A stretch of DNA of 54,421 bases. Source: Octopus bimaculoides (lineage: Eukaryota). Position numbers and translations under genes: made by a program. Position 1 is the stretch's first letter, and each line of letters starts with the position of its first letter. Of the stretch, positions 31,654 through 42,489 are shown piece by piece. The DNA lies in NCBI RefSeq assembly GCF_001194135.2, contig NC_068994.1, positions 53,998,208-54,052,628 of the forward strand. Direction: 5' to 3'. A model generated the notes under the pieces. It ran no database searches, had not been told where the DNA came from, and saw only the letters and a list, made by a program, of their open reading frames with translations.

Positions 31654-33286
31654 GTTTTAAGCAGACACTTTAAAAAATAAAAGAGAAAACAAAATCACTT
31701 AATGGTTACGTAACATCATCATCAATCTATCTTTACCATGCAGGTTTGGGTGGGAGAGGTTTTCTGACTGGATGCCCTTTCGGATGCCAACCCTTATAGT
31801 TGCCTCTTGTGACATGCAGGGACACAGTGCACCTATTCAACAAAAATATGAATCAATTTACTATGTGGCTTCAGGTTCAATCCCACTGTATGGCACCTTG
31901 GGTGTCTTCTACAACAGCCATGGGCCAACCAAAGCCTTGAGTGGATTAAAACAACGATAACGACCTCAACAACAATAAGACACCAAATCATCATCATCAT
32001 CATTTAATGTCTGTTTTCCATGCTGACATGGACTGGATGATTTGACAGGGGCTGGTAAGGCCAGGATCCACACCAGGCTCCTTTGTCTGTTCTGGCATGG
32101 TTTCTGCAACCGGATGCCCTTCCTGATGCCAACCACTAAATGTGAATAAATAAATAAGCAAAATTGAATATATCTGCCACCTATTTGTGTGTGTATGTAT
32201 GTGTGTATGTAGTGAATAATGCATATGTTGGAGGGCGAAGATATTGATTCCAAGAAAGAAAGACGGTGGCCGAAGGGTTAATAATATATAGTTTAACTTC
32301 TGGTCACCAAAAAAAAAAAAAAAGTCTAATAGGTTTTAAAAAATGTGTAGAAGACGAATATGAAAACAAAAATTCTCTCAAACGAACGGGGTGGGGGTGA
32401 TGAGAGGACTTTCGGAAAATTCACAAGATTCGATGGCAGAAAGAATGCAGATCCGATTTTTCCCCTCATAACTTTCTTGGCCCTCCAACATATGCATTAT
32501 TCACTACATACATACATATGTGTGTGTGTGTGTGTGTGTGAGCTTCATTAAAGTTGTTGGGTGTGGCATGAATCTCACTTCTTCGACATAAACAGACCAG
32601 AATCAGATTAAGTGAATGGAAATAACAAACAGAACAATACAAGAGCTACAAGCCTCGGAAATACAAATCGTGATGGTTCGAATTCCTAGAAAGAACAGCC
32701 AAATCTCCGTTAGATCCCACCTCACGGATTTAAACAAAGAAGAACTCATTTGGATAAAATAGTCTGAGATAAACTAGGCCTGAAAAATATATAGGATAGA
32801 CAAGACTGAACCACTTTGGGCTATAAGTTTGGTTGATCAGTTAACTAGACATTAAAACAGGACACACAAAAACGAACCGATGGAGGAAATACTGTTTTCT
32901 CCGACTGATAAAAATATTTCCCTTAAAGTACACAACCTACGGTCTTGATCAAGATAATGTATATTGAATAATGTATAGTCTTAGATACTCTTAAAAAGAC
33001 GGGATGGTCACGATTGCAAAGCCTTTGATCATAGGCGTGTTCCATACAGTTTGGCCTAGGGTTAAACAAATTTGAAAATTAAGCTGAAACTGACAGAGCA
33101 CCTAATCAAATATTAATAAAAAGGGAATAGCTTTCACTACATTCAGAAAGTTTGTCAAATCTTAATATCGCAGTGGCGATACGTTAAATGTGATATAAAA
33201 GAAATTAAATAAACTAATTATTGTTTACTAACCTTATTGATGAATTAATTAAAAAATATGTCAACAAGCAACGATCATTAAAAGAC

Positions 33287-33302
33287 TTTGAAGTTTGCGC
33301 CA
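33287..33302 (-). promoter_or_regulatory. CDE-CHR-type cell-cycle element TGGCGC-AAAC-TTCAAA, candidate NCAPH promoter
   Basis: Matches BSSSSS-N4-TTYRAA in NCAPH orientation; strong AG|GTTAGT donor about 55 nt downstream (33233) would close a non-coding exon 1. Confidence 0.55.
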
Positions 33303-33419
33303 GGAGTGAAGTCTCGCAACTTCTCGTTTACAAATGCGAGAATTAAGCGAGATATCGTTCGGATTGTCATTAATCTTCTTTCTTCCATTTTAATATTTCT
33401 TATTAAATTAGTGGAGATT

Positions 33420-34200
33420 TTTAGTGCAGTTGAAGTCAACTTTGTCTTTTATTTCATCGGTGTCAGTTTTATCTTTCACCCTTCCGATATCGACAAAATA
33501 AAGCACCAGTCAAGTACTGGAGAGAATAGTGTTTACTAACTTCCTACCTTCAAGATTATTGGCCGAGAGTTTTAATTAGAAGACATTAACTAAGGCGATA
33601 TATTGGCAGAATCGGTAGAGTGTGCGACAAAATGCCTGGGTTATTTGTTCCGGCTCTGTATATTCCGAGTTCAAATCCCGCCGTGGTGAACTTCCTTTCT
33701 CTCCTACCTGGGATGGATTAAACCCCTCACTTCAATATTGATTGCCTTATGCCTAAATCAGAAACGAAATATTCTTATTAATTAAGGCGGAGGAGTGAAA
33801 GAGTCGGACAAAATGTTTTGTGATATTTATTCCGGCTCTTTACGTTCTGAGTTGAAATCATGCTGAGGTCAACATTGCCTTTCATCCCTCCGTTATGAAT
33901 ACTATAAAAAGTACGGGAGGCTGGTTTAATCGGCTACTCTCCTCCCCTGAAATTTTAGGCTTTGAAACGATTCTTGGCAGGTGGCGGCGAGATGGCAGAA
34001 CTTTTAGCACACTGGACAAAATGCTCGGTGACATTTCGTCTGTTTTTATTCTGTGTTCAAATTTCACCAGGTTCGACTTCGCTTTTTATCTTTTCAGAAA
34101 TCATAGAAATAGGTACCAGTTGAGCAATGGGACCGATGTAATCGATTTACCATTCAGCGTCCTCCAAAATCGCTGCCAAAAAATCGGAAAGAATTATTGT
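33420..34200 (+). mobile_element. Head-to-tail array of about four family-A SINEs
   Basis: Repeated AAGGCG...GGCAGAA heads at about 33594, 33784 and 33975, plus a headless copy from about 33420. Confidence 0.75.
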
Positions 34201-34287
34201 TTATTTGTTTTATTTTTATTTACAAAACTTAGAGTGAGACAGACGGGCAGTACTCTTAACCTTTGGGAATGTAAGGAGAAAGTTGAC

Positions 34288-34300
34288 TTCAAACGGGAAA
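34288..34300 (-). promoter_or_regulatory. E2F-like TTTCCCG abutting CHR TTTGAA
   Basis: Plus strand TTCAAACGGGAAA, in a CpG-retaining region upstream of NCAPH. Confidence 0.4.
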
Positions 34301-35639
34301 CCTGATAGGAACGTTTGAGTAGACCTCTGTTACGTTCATGTGTAGGGTTTATGGTGGAGATTAAGACCCGAGGAGAAAATATATTATGAAGATTGTCAGT
34401 TGTGTTGTTTTCTTTACTGTTGTTATTTAATCTCAAGATAATTCTCATCAAGCAGACCCATGACCAAAATGTATTGCAGCTGTGACCAATTGATTTTTTT
34501 ATTTACTTATTCATTCAGCCATTCATTCCAGATACATTATCCACCTGTACAAACTAAATTCTAATAACGGAATCGATAAAATAAGTATCAAGTATCAAAC
34601 TCTAATCGATTCTCCGACTTCTCATAAAATGTGTTACCTTGTGCCTATGTAAAAGAAGAAAATAAGAAAGAAAACTGAATGCAAGATCGATCCTCTACGT
34701 GGTCGCTCAGCTTTCTAGAAATAGCAAACAAATCAACCTGAAATCACACTCTACTGTTTTACATAAAGAAAAGATATAAGATAACATGGTCCCCACATAA
34801 CCTTAGAAAGAACGGTCGGTCAAACTATAGGGTTTGACCCGAGCAAAAAAAGAAAAAATATTCCGAGTCGTCTCACCATAGCCCCCCCCCCCAATTTTTT
34901 AAAATAGCGTAATAGGTGTACATGTAGTAAACGAATATGAAAAAAAAATGTGCACTGGCGAACATGGGGTGTATATGCGTACACACACATATGTCTGTGT
35001 GATTTGCATGCAATGTACGTATAGAGAGAGTGGGCTAGAAATAATAATAATATAAATAAATATATATCGCTTGACAACCGATGCTGGTGTGTTTAAGTCT
35101 CCATAACTTAACGGTTCGGCCCAAAAGACCGATAGAATAAGTACTAGGCTTCCAAAGAATAAGTCCTGGGGTCGATTTGCTCGACTAAAAGCGGCGCTCC
35201 AGCATGGCCGCATCTCGAGAGAAAAAAAAAGAATGGAAAGAGTAAAGTTACGGAAATCAAGGGTAAAAAACCGGGGAAGGAAGGAGTGAAAACAACCCGA
35301 AACTTCTCCCTCGCCAATTTATTTTTTTGTTATAAGTTTTACCAGCATAATTGTAATCTATACCCCCGTAAATGTATCTCTACAAAATTTCATTAAAAGT
35401 TATGTACTTTCAGAAAATTACGAGGTAAACAAAGTTCTGTGTGGTGCACCAATCTGTAGTTATGACACAACATCGACTTAAACAGTTGTGATGCCATGAA
35501 GAATGGCAGACAATAACAAGAATTCTTGCCAACGAAGGAGCTTTTACGTAATCGCACAACTTTCAGAATTACCAGCAAAATGTTCACAACGATTTAGCTG
35601 ATTGGGAAAGAGGGAAGACCATCAAGTGCAACACCGAGC

Positions 35640-35810
35640 CCCTGGTCGTTCGGTCTGCTTGTATAGGTGGCCAAATCACGCCTTACTTTCTCTTATAAAA
35701 GGAAAGGGATGTGGATATTTGTAGTCTTAGATACACTACGTCTAATAAATTGATGGGATGGTCACAGGTTGAATACTTTCGAGCTTAAGGATGATCTGGA
35801 GTTAAACGAC
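35640..35810 (+). mobile_element. Interspersed repeat family E (also about 24495, 32660, 32900, 34680, 37705, 44225, 47690)
   Basis: Recurring CCAAATC...GTAGTCTTAGATAC...GGGATGGTCAC. Confidence 0.6.
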
Positions 35811-36744
35811 AACTTTGGTACCACGCTACACCGAGTTGCTGAGAATTGGAAAAACAATCAGTTTGGAATACTGTGACATGCAACGTTGAACAAATTAATT
35901 TAGGTTCTTTAATACAATAAAAAAAATTTTAAACCCAGCTATCAATAAATAAAGATGGATGAGGGATGGATAAAAGAAATTTTACTCAATGGGAAGGAAT
36001 TTAAAAAGTAATGAACACTCCAAGGGAGGTAACTCACCAACATTGTTGGCCACAGACGTTTGAAAATGTTTTCAAGAAATTATTTTATTTGGCGAAAATA
36101 TATATTTATCCTTTATTAATTTATCTGACATGATATAAATATTTCTTGATTTCAGAAGAAACAGAAGTCTTACAGCGTTAAAAAGATAATGAACGCAGAT
36201 ATGATTTATCTACGGAGTTGTTTAAGAATAACCTTTTATGGTTATAACATTTTGCAAAGGAAAGTTTATATTTGTATGAATACGTTATTATAAGTAATTG
36301 TTTTATTTGTCTATGGAGAACATAAAGCACATTGTACGATTTGGACTCAGGATTGTAAGAAAAAATCCCAAACAAGGCGATAGCAAGAATAAAAAAAAGC
36401 ACTTGAATATCTCGTTTTTAATGAGTGTATGATAAGCAATGAGCTTGGCAGAAACCATCACCTTTCAAACAACATCGGTTCTGCTAGTGTTTGGGTAAAT
36501 TTGAACTAAGCGCTACAAGTTAAGGAAGTATAACAGCATTAAGTTGCACTAATCAATGATACTCATTCGCATCTATGCAGGCTTTTATAAGGAAATACCC
36601 TACAACTAATCACCAGCCATTTGCCTTACAACTTTGTATGTTGCAGACAGCTGTGGCTTTCTATTGAAGGTCTCACTGAATGTGATGCTACACATTTTGG
36701 ATCTAGTATAATATGGGTAAGTCTAGCGTTACTGCCTGGTGTAA

Positions 36745-37085
36745 CAACACTGTCAACTCTCTTGACTATGCCCCATATGGAATAGTCCAGTGGATTGACG
36801 TCTGGTGAGCTAGGAGGCCATGTATCTGGGAGAACACCATGAAGAAGATCAGTATGTATCCATGCTTGGGTTTTCCTAGCCTTATGAGATGGTGCAGAGG
36901 CTTGTTGGAAGACATAGTGTTCTGTTGCATACTCTGTCTATCTGGGGCCTCACAACTTTTTCCAACATCTCTGTGTAGACAGCAGCATTGATTCTTAAGC
37001 CCTGTGATAAAATGTGAAGAGGTATGACATCATCCTCATTGTGGATGGCTCCCAAAACCATCACAGTTGCTGGGAACATCATTCA
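36745..37085 (-). pseudogene. DD37D/maT-type transposase relic
   Basis: FPATVMVLG...GLRINAAVY.EMLEKVVRP and HKARKTQAW...WPPSSPDVNPLDYSIWG. Confidence 0.8.
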
Positions 37086-37327
37086 GGTCTCTTCATAACC
37101 ATCTGTTGTTCTTTTGGTTTACCTTTTCATCTTGATTAAAGTTTCCTAGTCTCTTGGTGTTTTAACTTGTTTAGCAAGCATTTTGCATGGATTGAAAGAT
37201 TCTTTTTTTTCACATCTGACATAAACATACATACTCTGCATCACATACAACTTGTCCCAGACGTCCTCATGTACAGCTCTTCTGATAATACATTCTAGAA
37301 GCTTGAGGGCTTTTGTAATGGCTCTGA

Positions 37328-37552
37328 TTAACTTTCTAAGGGATTCTTATTATCTCTTGGACTTTTGGTATTATGTGTTCTGATGGAATAAGAATCCTGT
37401 GCATGCATTTTGAATTTAGTTGTTGATGTTGGATCCCTGTTAGTCGTTTCCAGCTCCTTTTGATCTTTGACAACAAAGGACCTGGCAACTTTCAGGAAGT
37501 CAGTTATTTCTGTGTCACTATGGAGAGTGCTTCCAAATGTCAGAGTATATTC
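37328..37552 (-). CDS. Possible terminal exon (EYTLTFGSTLHSDTEITDFLKVAR...NPLES*), perhaps of the octapeptide-repeat gene
   Basis: TTTCTCAATTATTACAG acceptor; only phase 0 is open (75 codons), compatible with CAG|GTATAT at 41389. Confidence 0.3.
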   Translation of the reverse strand, partial: EYTLTFGSTLHSDTEITDFLKVARSFVVKDQKELETTNRDPTSTTKFKMHAQDSYSIRTHNTKSPRDNKNPLES

Positions 37553-38213
37553 CTGTAATAATTGAGAAATTACAGAGTTTGGTAAGTACAGGAACAAGTT
37601 CTGTGGTGCAAGGCATGTGACCATGGGGGGCAGTATGGGATCATGAAAAGAGGAGACCATTTTAATTGTGATAGCAAGAGACAAAATGGGAAAATTGTAT
37701 GCTTGTGCCCAGGAGGCTCAGCCGAATCTTCCTCAAATCAGTCCATCATCTTAGAAAAGAAAAATGAGTGGTGCACTTAGATATGATGGTCCTAGATGTC
37801 CTGTTGAGGAAAAGATAGGATGTTCATGGCTAGAATCCATTAATTGGTAAAGGTCTATGCCAGTGGTTCTCAACCATTTTTTGCTTGTGAACCCCTTAGA
37901 TTTCTATTTTACTCATTTAGCCATTCAATGTATATAAATAAATTCTGCTGTATTTTTATAATTAAAAATGGATGACAAGACTGGCTTTTGAAAGTGTGAT
38001 CTAACCATAGACAAGTGAGGTCATATTTAGACCCTCTTCTATCATAAAGAACTTCAACTGCTACATATCATCATCTTTTTGGTATGTTTACAATGGTCAG
38101 AAAGAATTTGTTGAGACAAAATTTTTTGTGGCTGGATGCTCTTTATGTCACCAACCCTTGCCTGCTTTCAAGTAGGTTAATATTTCCCCTCGACTAGATA
38201 TGTTTGTCTAGAA

Positions 38214-38412
38214 CAGTGATTCTCAACCATGTCTTGCCTATGGATCCCTTTGATTCCCATTTTACAAAACAAAACACTATTATATTTTTATAATTATTGT
38301 TAGAAACTGTATAAAAAAAGAAATTGTTAAAATTTATTGCAGATAAATTTTTTTAACATATTCTTATATGGATCCCTAAGGTTCATATGGACCCTAGAAG
38401 AGAACCCCTAGT
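38214..38412. mobile_element. hAT/Charlie-like MITE (related ends at about 37861 and 30475-30495)
   Basis: CAGTGATTCTCAACC start and GGACCC...GAGAACCCCT end, typical of Charlie-type non-autonomous elements. Confidence 0.5.
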
Positions 38413-38774
38413 CTAGAACACTGGAAACAAATGACACCACTTGTATGATGGTGACACTTGTTTACAATAATCACAAGCACATATATTTGTACATCATCTT
38501 TTAACGTCCGCTTTCCATGCTAGCATGGGTTGGATGATTTGACTGGGGACTGGCAAACCAGATGGCTACACCAGACTCCAATCTGATCTGGCAGAGTTTC
38601 TACAGCTGGATGCCCTTCCTAATGCCAACCACTCCGAGAGTGTAGTGGGTGCTTTTTACGTGCCACCGGCATGAGGGGCAGTCCGGCGGTACTGGCAACG
38701 GCTACGCTCAAATGGTGTCTTTTACGTGCCACCTGCACAGGAGTCAGATATATACAAATACATATGTGTTAGGC

Positions 38775-39005
38775 ATAGGAGGAATTTGTTGTTATGTGCA
38801 AGAGAGAAGACTGCGCTGGTCTGGTCATGTGATGTGGATGGATGCTGACAGTTCCATAAAGAAGTGCTGATCTCTCAAAGTGGATGGAACATGCAGAAAT
38901 GAGAGGCCCAGGATGACATGGGATGAAGTATTGCAGAACCTTTCAGGTGAGATGAAAAAAGGAGATACCTGGCACCTGGCCATATTCAAGAAGACCCATA
39001 ACCCG
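38775..39005 (+). mobile_element. RTE-like LINE 3' relic
   Basis: VQERRLRWSGHVMWMD...RPRMTWDEV. Confidence 0.75.
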
Positions 39006-39989
39006 CAGCAGGTGTTAAGACCAATCCTTCTGGTTGTGTAAAGCACCCATGGTGGTACCACATGAAAGAGCCCATGTGGCGACAAGTAAAGGTGCCTGTG
39101 CAATGCCACATAAAAGCCTCCATCACACTCTGTAAAGTGGTTGGTATTATGAAGGGTATCCAGCTGTAGAAACCTTGCCAAAGCAGACTGGAGTCTGGTG
39201 CAGCCCCCCCCCAACCAACCAACTTGCCAGCTCTGGTCACACCATCTAACCAATACCAGCATGGACAACAGACATTAAATGATGATGATGATTATATATA
39301 TACATATATATACACACACACATGTACATGTATATGTGTATCAGGAAGGATGATAGCATTAGTTGTGATATGGATATGAATAAAATTAGAGAAAATACCA
39401 CCACTCTGGTGTTAGATTATGTCCCTTTGTGTCCAGGTTGTGTTTTGCCTCTCCTCTTTCTGAGATCAATAAAATAATGTACTGGGCCAGAGGTTTCAAT
39501 ACTCAATTACAAGACACACACAAAGTAACAGTGCCTCAGTATGGCTTCAATCCTAAATGGTTGCAACCATCAAGAGAATGACATGAATTCTACAGTTGAC
39601 CCAGCTGTGGTTGACAAATATAATACAAAACAGGTGTTACATGTTGCATGGATTAAAGATCAAAAACAATGATTTAAAATAATGCAAAATAAATTCTGAA
39701 CTAAATTTATTCAAGAGTAATCTGAATACAGTCTATCACAACAATTGTTAGTTAAAATTTTTTTTGTCCTTTAGTAAGTTTTGTCGATAAGTTTTAAAAC
39801 AAAAATAAAATTTAAAAAAGAAAAAAATTGGTCAGTATATTATTTCTTGCCTCTTTCGGTCAAGAGGGAGGGAAAAATAAAGACTGATATACAATTTTTC
39901 TTTTCTCATTTTTTTTTGGGGGGCAATTTAAAAAAAAAAGATCTCTTAGGGATTTCTGATTTCATATATATAAAAAAATTAAACAGCAT

Positions 39990-40143
39990 TAAAAAAATAA
40001 AGAGAAAAAGGCAAGCAAAACAACCAAACTATATATGTGTGTGTGTATATATATATATAAATGTATGTGTATACATACATGTGTATATATATATACATAT
40101 ATGTATACATGTGTGTGTATATATATACTTATGTGTGTGTATG

Positions 40144-40179
<36 letters not shown>

Positions 40180-40344
40180 TAATATATATACACATATGTA
40201 TATATATACACATAAGTATATATATATATATATACATATATGTATATATATATATATATATATACATATATATCCACACATGTATATATACATACATGTA
40301 TATATATATATATATACATACATATATGTATATATATATATACA

Positions 40345-40376
<32 letters not shown>

Positions 40377-40534
40377 CATATATATATACATATATGTATA
40401 TACACATATGTATACATATATATATATATATACACATGTATATATACATATATATATATACACACATATATACATATATGTATATCCATATATATACATT
40501 ATATATATATATATATATATCCATATATATACAT

Positions 40535-40566
<32 letters not shown>

Positions 40567-40625
40567 CATGAATTTATATATACATATGCATATATATTCA
40601 TATACATATATATATATATTATAAA
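39990..40625. repeat. Long compound (TA)n/(CA)n/(TATG)n microsatellite
   Basis: Directly visible; source of the IYIY pseudo-ORFs. Confidence 0.95.
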
Positions 40626-41097
40626 CATCTTAATACATGTGTTTGTGTGTGACTATGTCTTGGATACTATTATATGTGTGTTTGTATGTGTGTGCGCGTG
40701 CATGTAAATACATGTTCTGTATCTATATATGACATATATAAATATAATTGTATGCATGAATGCGTTTATATTGATAATACATTTCAATTGTAACTTCAGT
40801 ATTACAGAGTTGTTAGGTTTTGGTGAAGTGAGAAAGCAAGATATGTTTAGTGTAAACGTGTACATATTTTAAAAAATAGGGTCCTTACTTCATTAAAAAA
40901 AAAAGAGAATAAAAAAAAGAATCAGCCAAAATTGTTGTATGGAAACAGATCAAAGATAGATAAGAGAAAAAAAAAACCCCAAAAAAACATCTCTTCTGAT
41001 TCCTTGTCATTACAACAATTTTGTTGTTTCTTCATTTTCTTATTTCGTTGTATTTTGCTGTATGTATACACGCACACACACACATATATATAGATAA

Positions 41098-41225
41098 TAT
41101 GCATATTTTATATATATATATATGTAAAATGCATATATTTTATATATATATATATATGTAAAATGCATATATTTTATATATATATATATATGTAAAATGC
41201 ATATATTTTATATATATATATATAT
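41098..41225. repeat. Minisatellite, about four copies of AAATGCATATATTTT(AT)nGT
   Basis: Directly visible tandem units of about 30-35 bp. Confidence 0.85.
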
Positions 41226-41358
41226 ACACATAATACACACACATATATATATATATAATATGCATATAATATATATAAACGATGCTCTAAGCACAGAACT
41301 TTCTTTTGTTAATACTCTTTTTCCATGTCTAGTAACAGACTGGGAAGTATCATTTTTA

Positions 41359-42489
41359 CTATAAGCCTGGCTGTAAAGTACCATATACCTGAGGCGCCTG
41401 AGAGAGAGCATATCTCTGGGCGTGTGCTGTACTGTATTCCTGAGCCTGTGATTTGGAGTAAGCAGTAGATTGTGGTGTGCTGTACAGCTGAGGTTGTGTC
41501 ATGTTGTTCAACTGCGACATTGGCGAGGTGTTGTACAGCAAAGGAGAGCTGTACAGCTGTGTTGGTGGCGTGTTGTACAGTGGTGACTGTAGCATGTTAT
41601 ACCGCTGTGAACACTGCATCTTGTAGACATCTGACTGTGACAAACTGCACATTTGCGTCTCCGGTGTACCAAAGACGTCAGGCTGCTGTCTGTTATAAAC
41701 CTGCAATGGTGGTGTGCTGCACTTTGCCGACTGAGGTGTATTGTACAGCTCTGATGGCAATGTGCTGCTCAATAAGGATTGCGATGATTTGTACATTTTT
41801 GACAGCGGTGAAGTACATTCAGCAGTTGGTGGAGTACTGTATTTTGGTGACAACGGTGAAGAACTTTTTGGTGACTGTGGACTGGTGTACTTCTTGGGTA
41901 GAGATCCACTGCTTTCTGGCAATTGTGCTGCTTTGCTTATTTGCTGTTCTTGTTTGTCGTATTGTGCAAGTGGTAGGCTGTTCATCTGTGAAGGTGGAGT
42001 ACTGTACATTTTGGCGAGCTGCGAGCCATACATTTGCGACTGGGGAGTAGCATACATCTGTGCCTGAGGAGAGGCATACATTTTAGACAATTGACTACCA
42101 TACATTTGCGCCTGTGCTGCACCATGCATCTGAGTCTGTGGTGTACCATACATTGATGATTGTGGTGAGCTGTACATTTGAGACGGCTGAGAGATGTACA
42201 CCGATGACTGGTGTGGAGAATTGTACATGTCTAGCTGTGGTACATTGTACATCTGTGAAGGGGGTGTGCCATACATCTGCGACATGTTGTAGCGTTGTGC
42301 TGCCTGAGCCCTACTGTACATAGGTGACAGTGCACTTTTATTCATTTCAGACAGCTGTGTGTTATATTTTTGCAACACAGGTGTACAGTACATGTCTGGC
42401 TGTTTAGAATTCAATGATTGTGGTTGTGAGCTGCTATACATTTTTGATGGTGGCGTGCTATATATCTGCAGCAATGATGTATTGCTCAT
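41359..42489 (-). CDS. Uncharacterised 376-aa low-complexity protein of about 45 tyrosine-anchored octapeptide repeats (YSTPQSQM-like)
   Basis: Long ORF in a stop-rich genome; T-tract acceptor TTGTAAAG (exon starts 42530) with in-frame TGA just before the ATG; 24-nt periodicity with varied codons; 33 Tyr, no Trp. Confidence 0.85.
   Translation of the reverse strand: MSNTSLLQIYSTPPSKMYSSSQPQSLNSKQPDMYCTPVLQKYNTQLSEMNKSALSPMYSRAQAAQRYNMSQMYGTPPSQMYNVPQLDMYNSPHQSSVYISQPSQMYSSPQSSMYGTPQTQMHGAAQAQMYGSQLSKMYASPQAQMYATPQSQMYGSQLAKMYSTPPSQMNSLPLAQYDKQEQQISKAAQLPESSGSLPKKYTSPQSPKSSSPLSPKYSTPPTAECTSPLSKMYKSSQSLLSSTLPSELYNTPQSAKCSTPPLQVYNRQQPDVFGTPETQMCSLSQSDVYKMQCSQRYNMLQSPLYNTPPTQLYSSPLLYNTSPMSQLNNMTQPQLYSTPQSTAYSKSQAQEYSTAHAQRYALSQAPQVYGTLQPGL

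Noticed and set aside
41359-42489. Reflectin or RPB1 CTD identity for the repeat ORF
   Set aside because: No M/FD(X)5MD(X)5MD reflectin motif; period is 8 not 7, and no polymerase exons are nearby.
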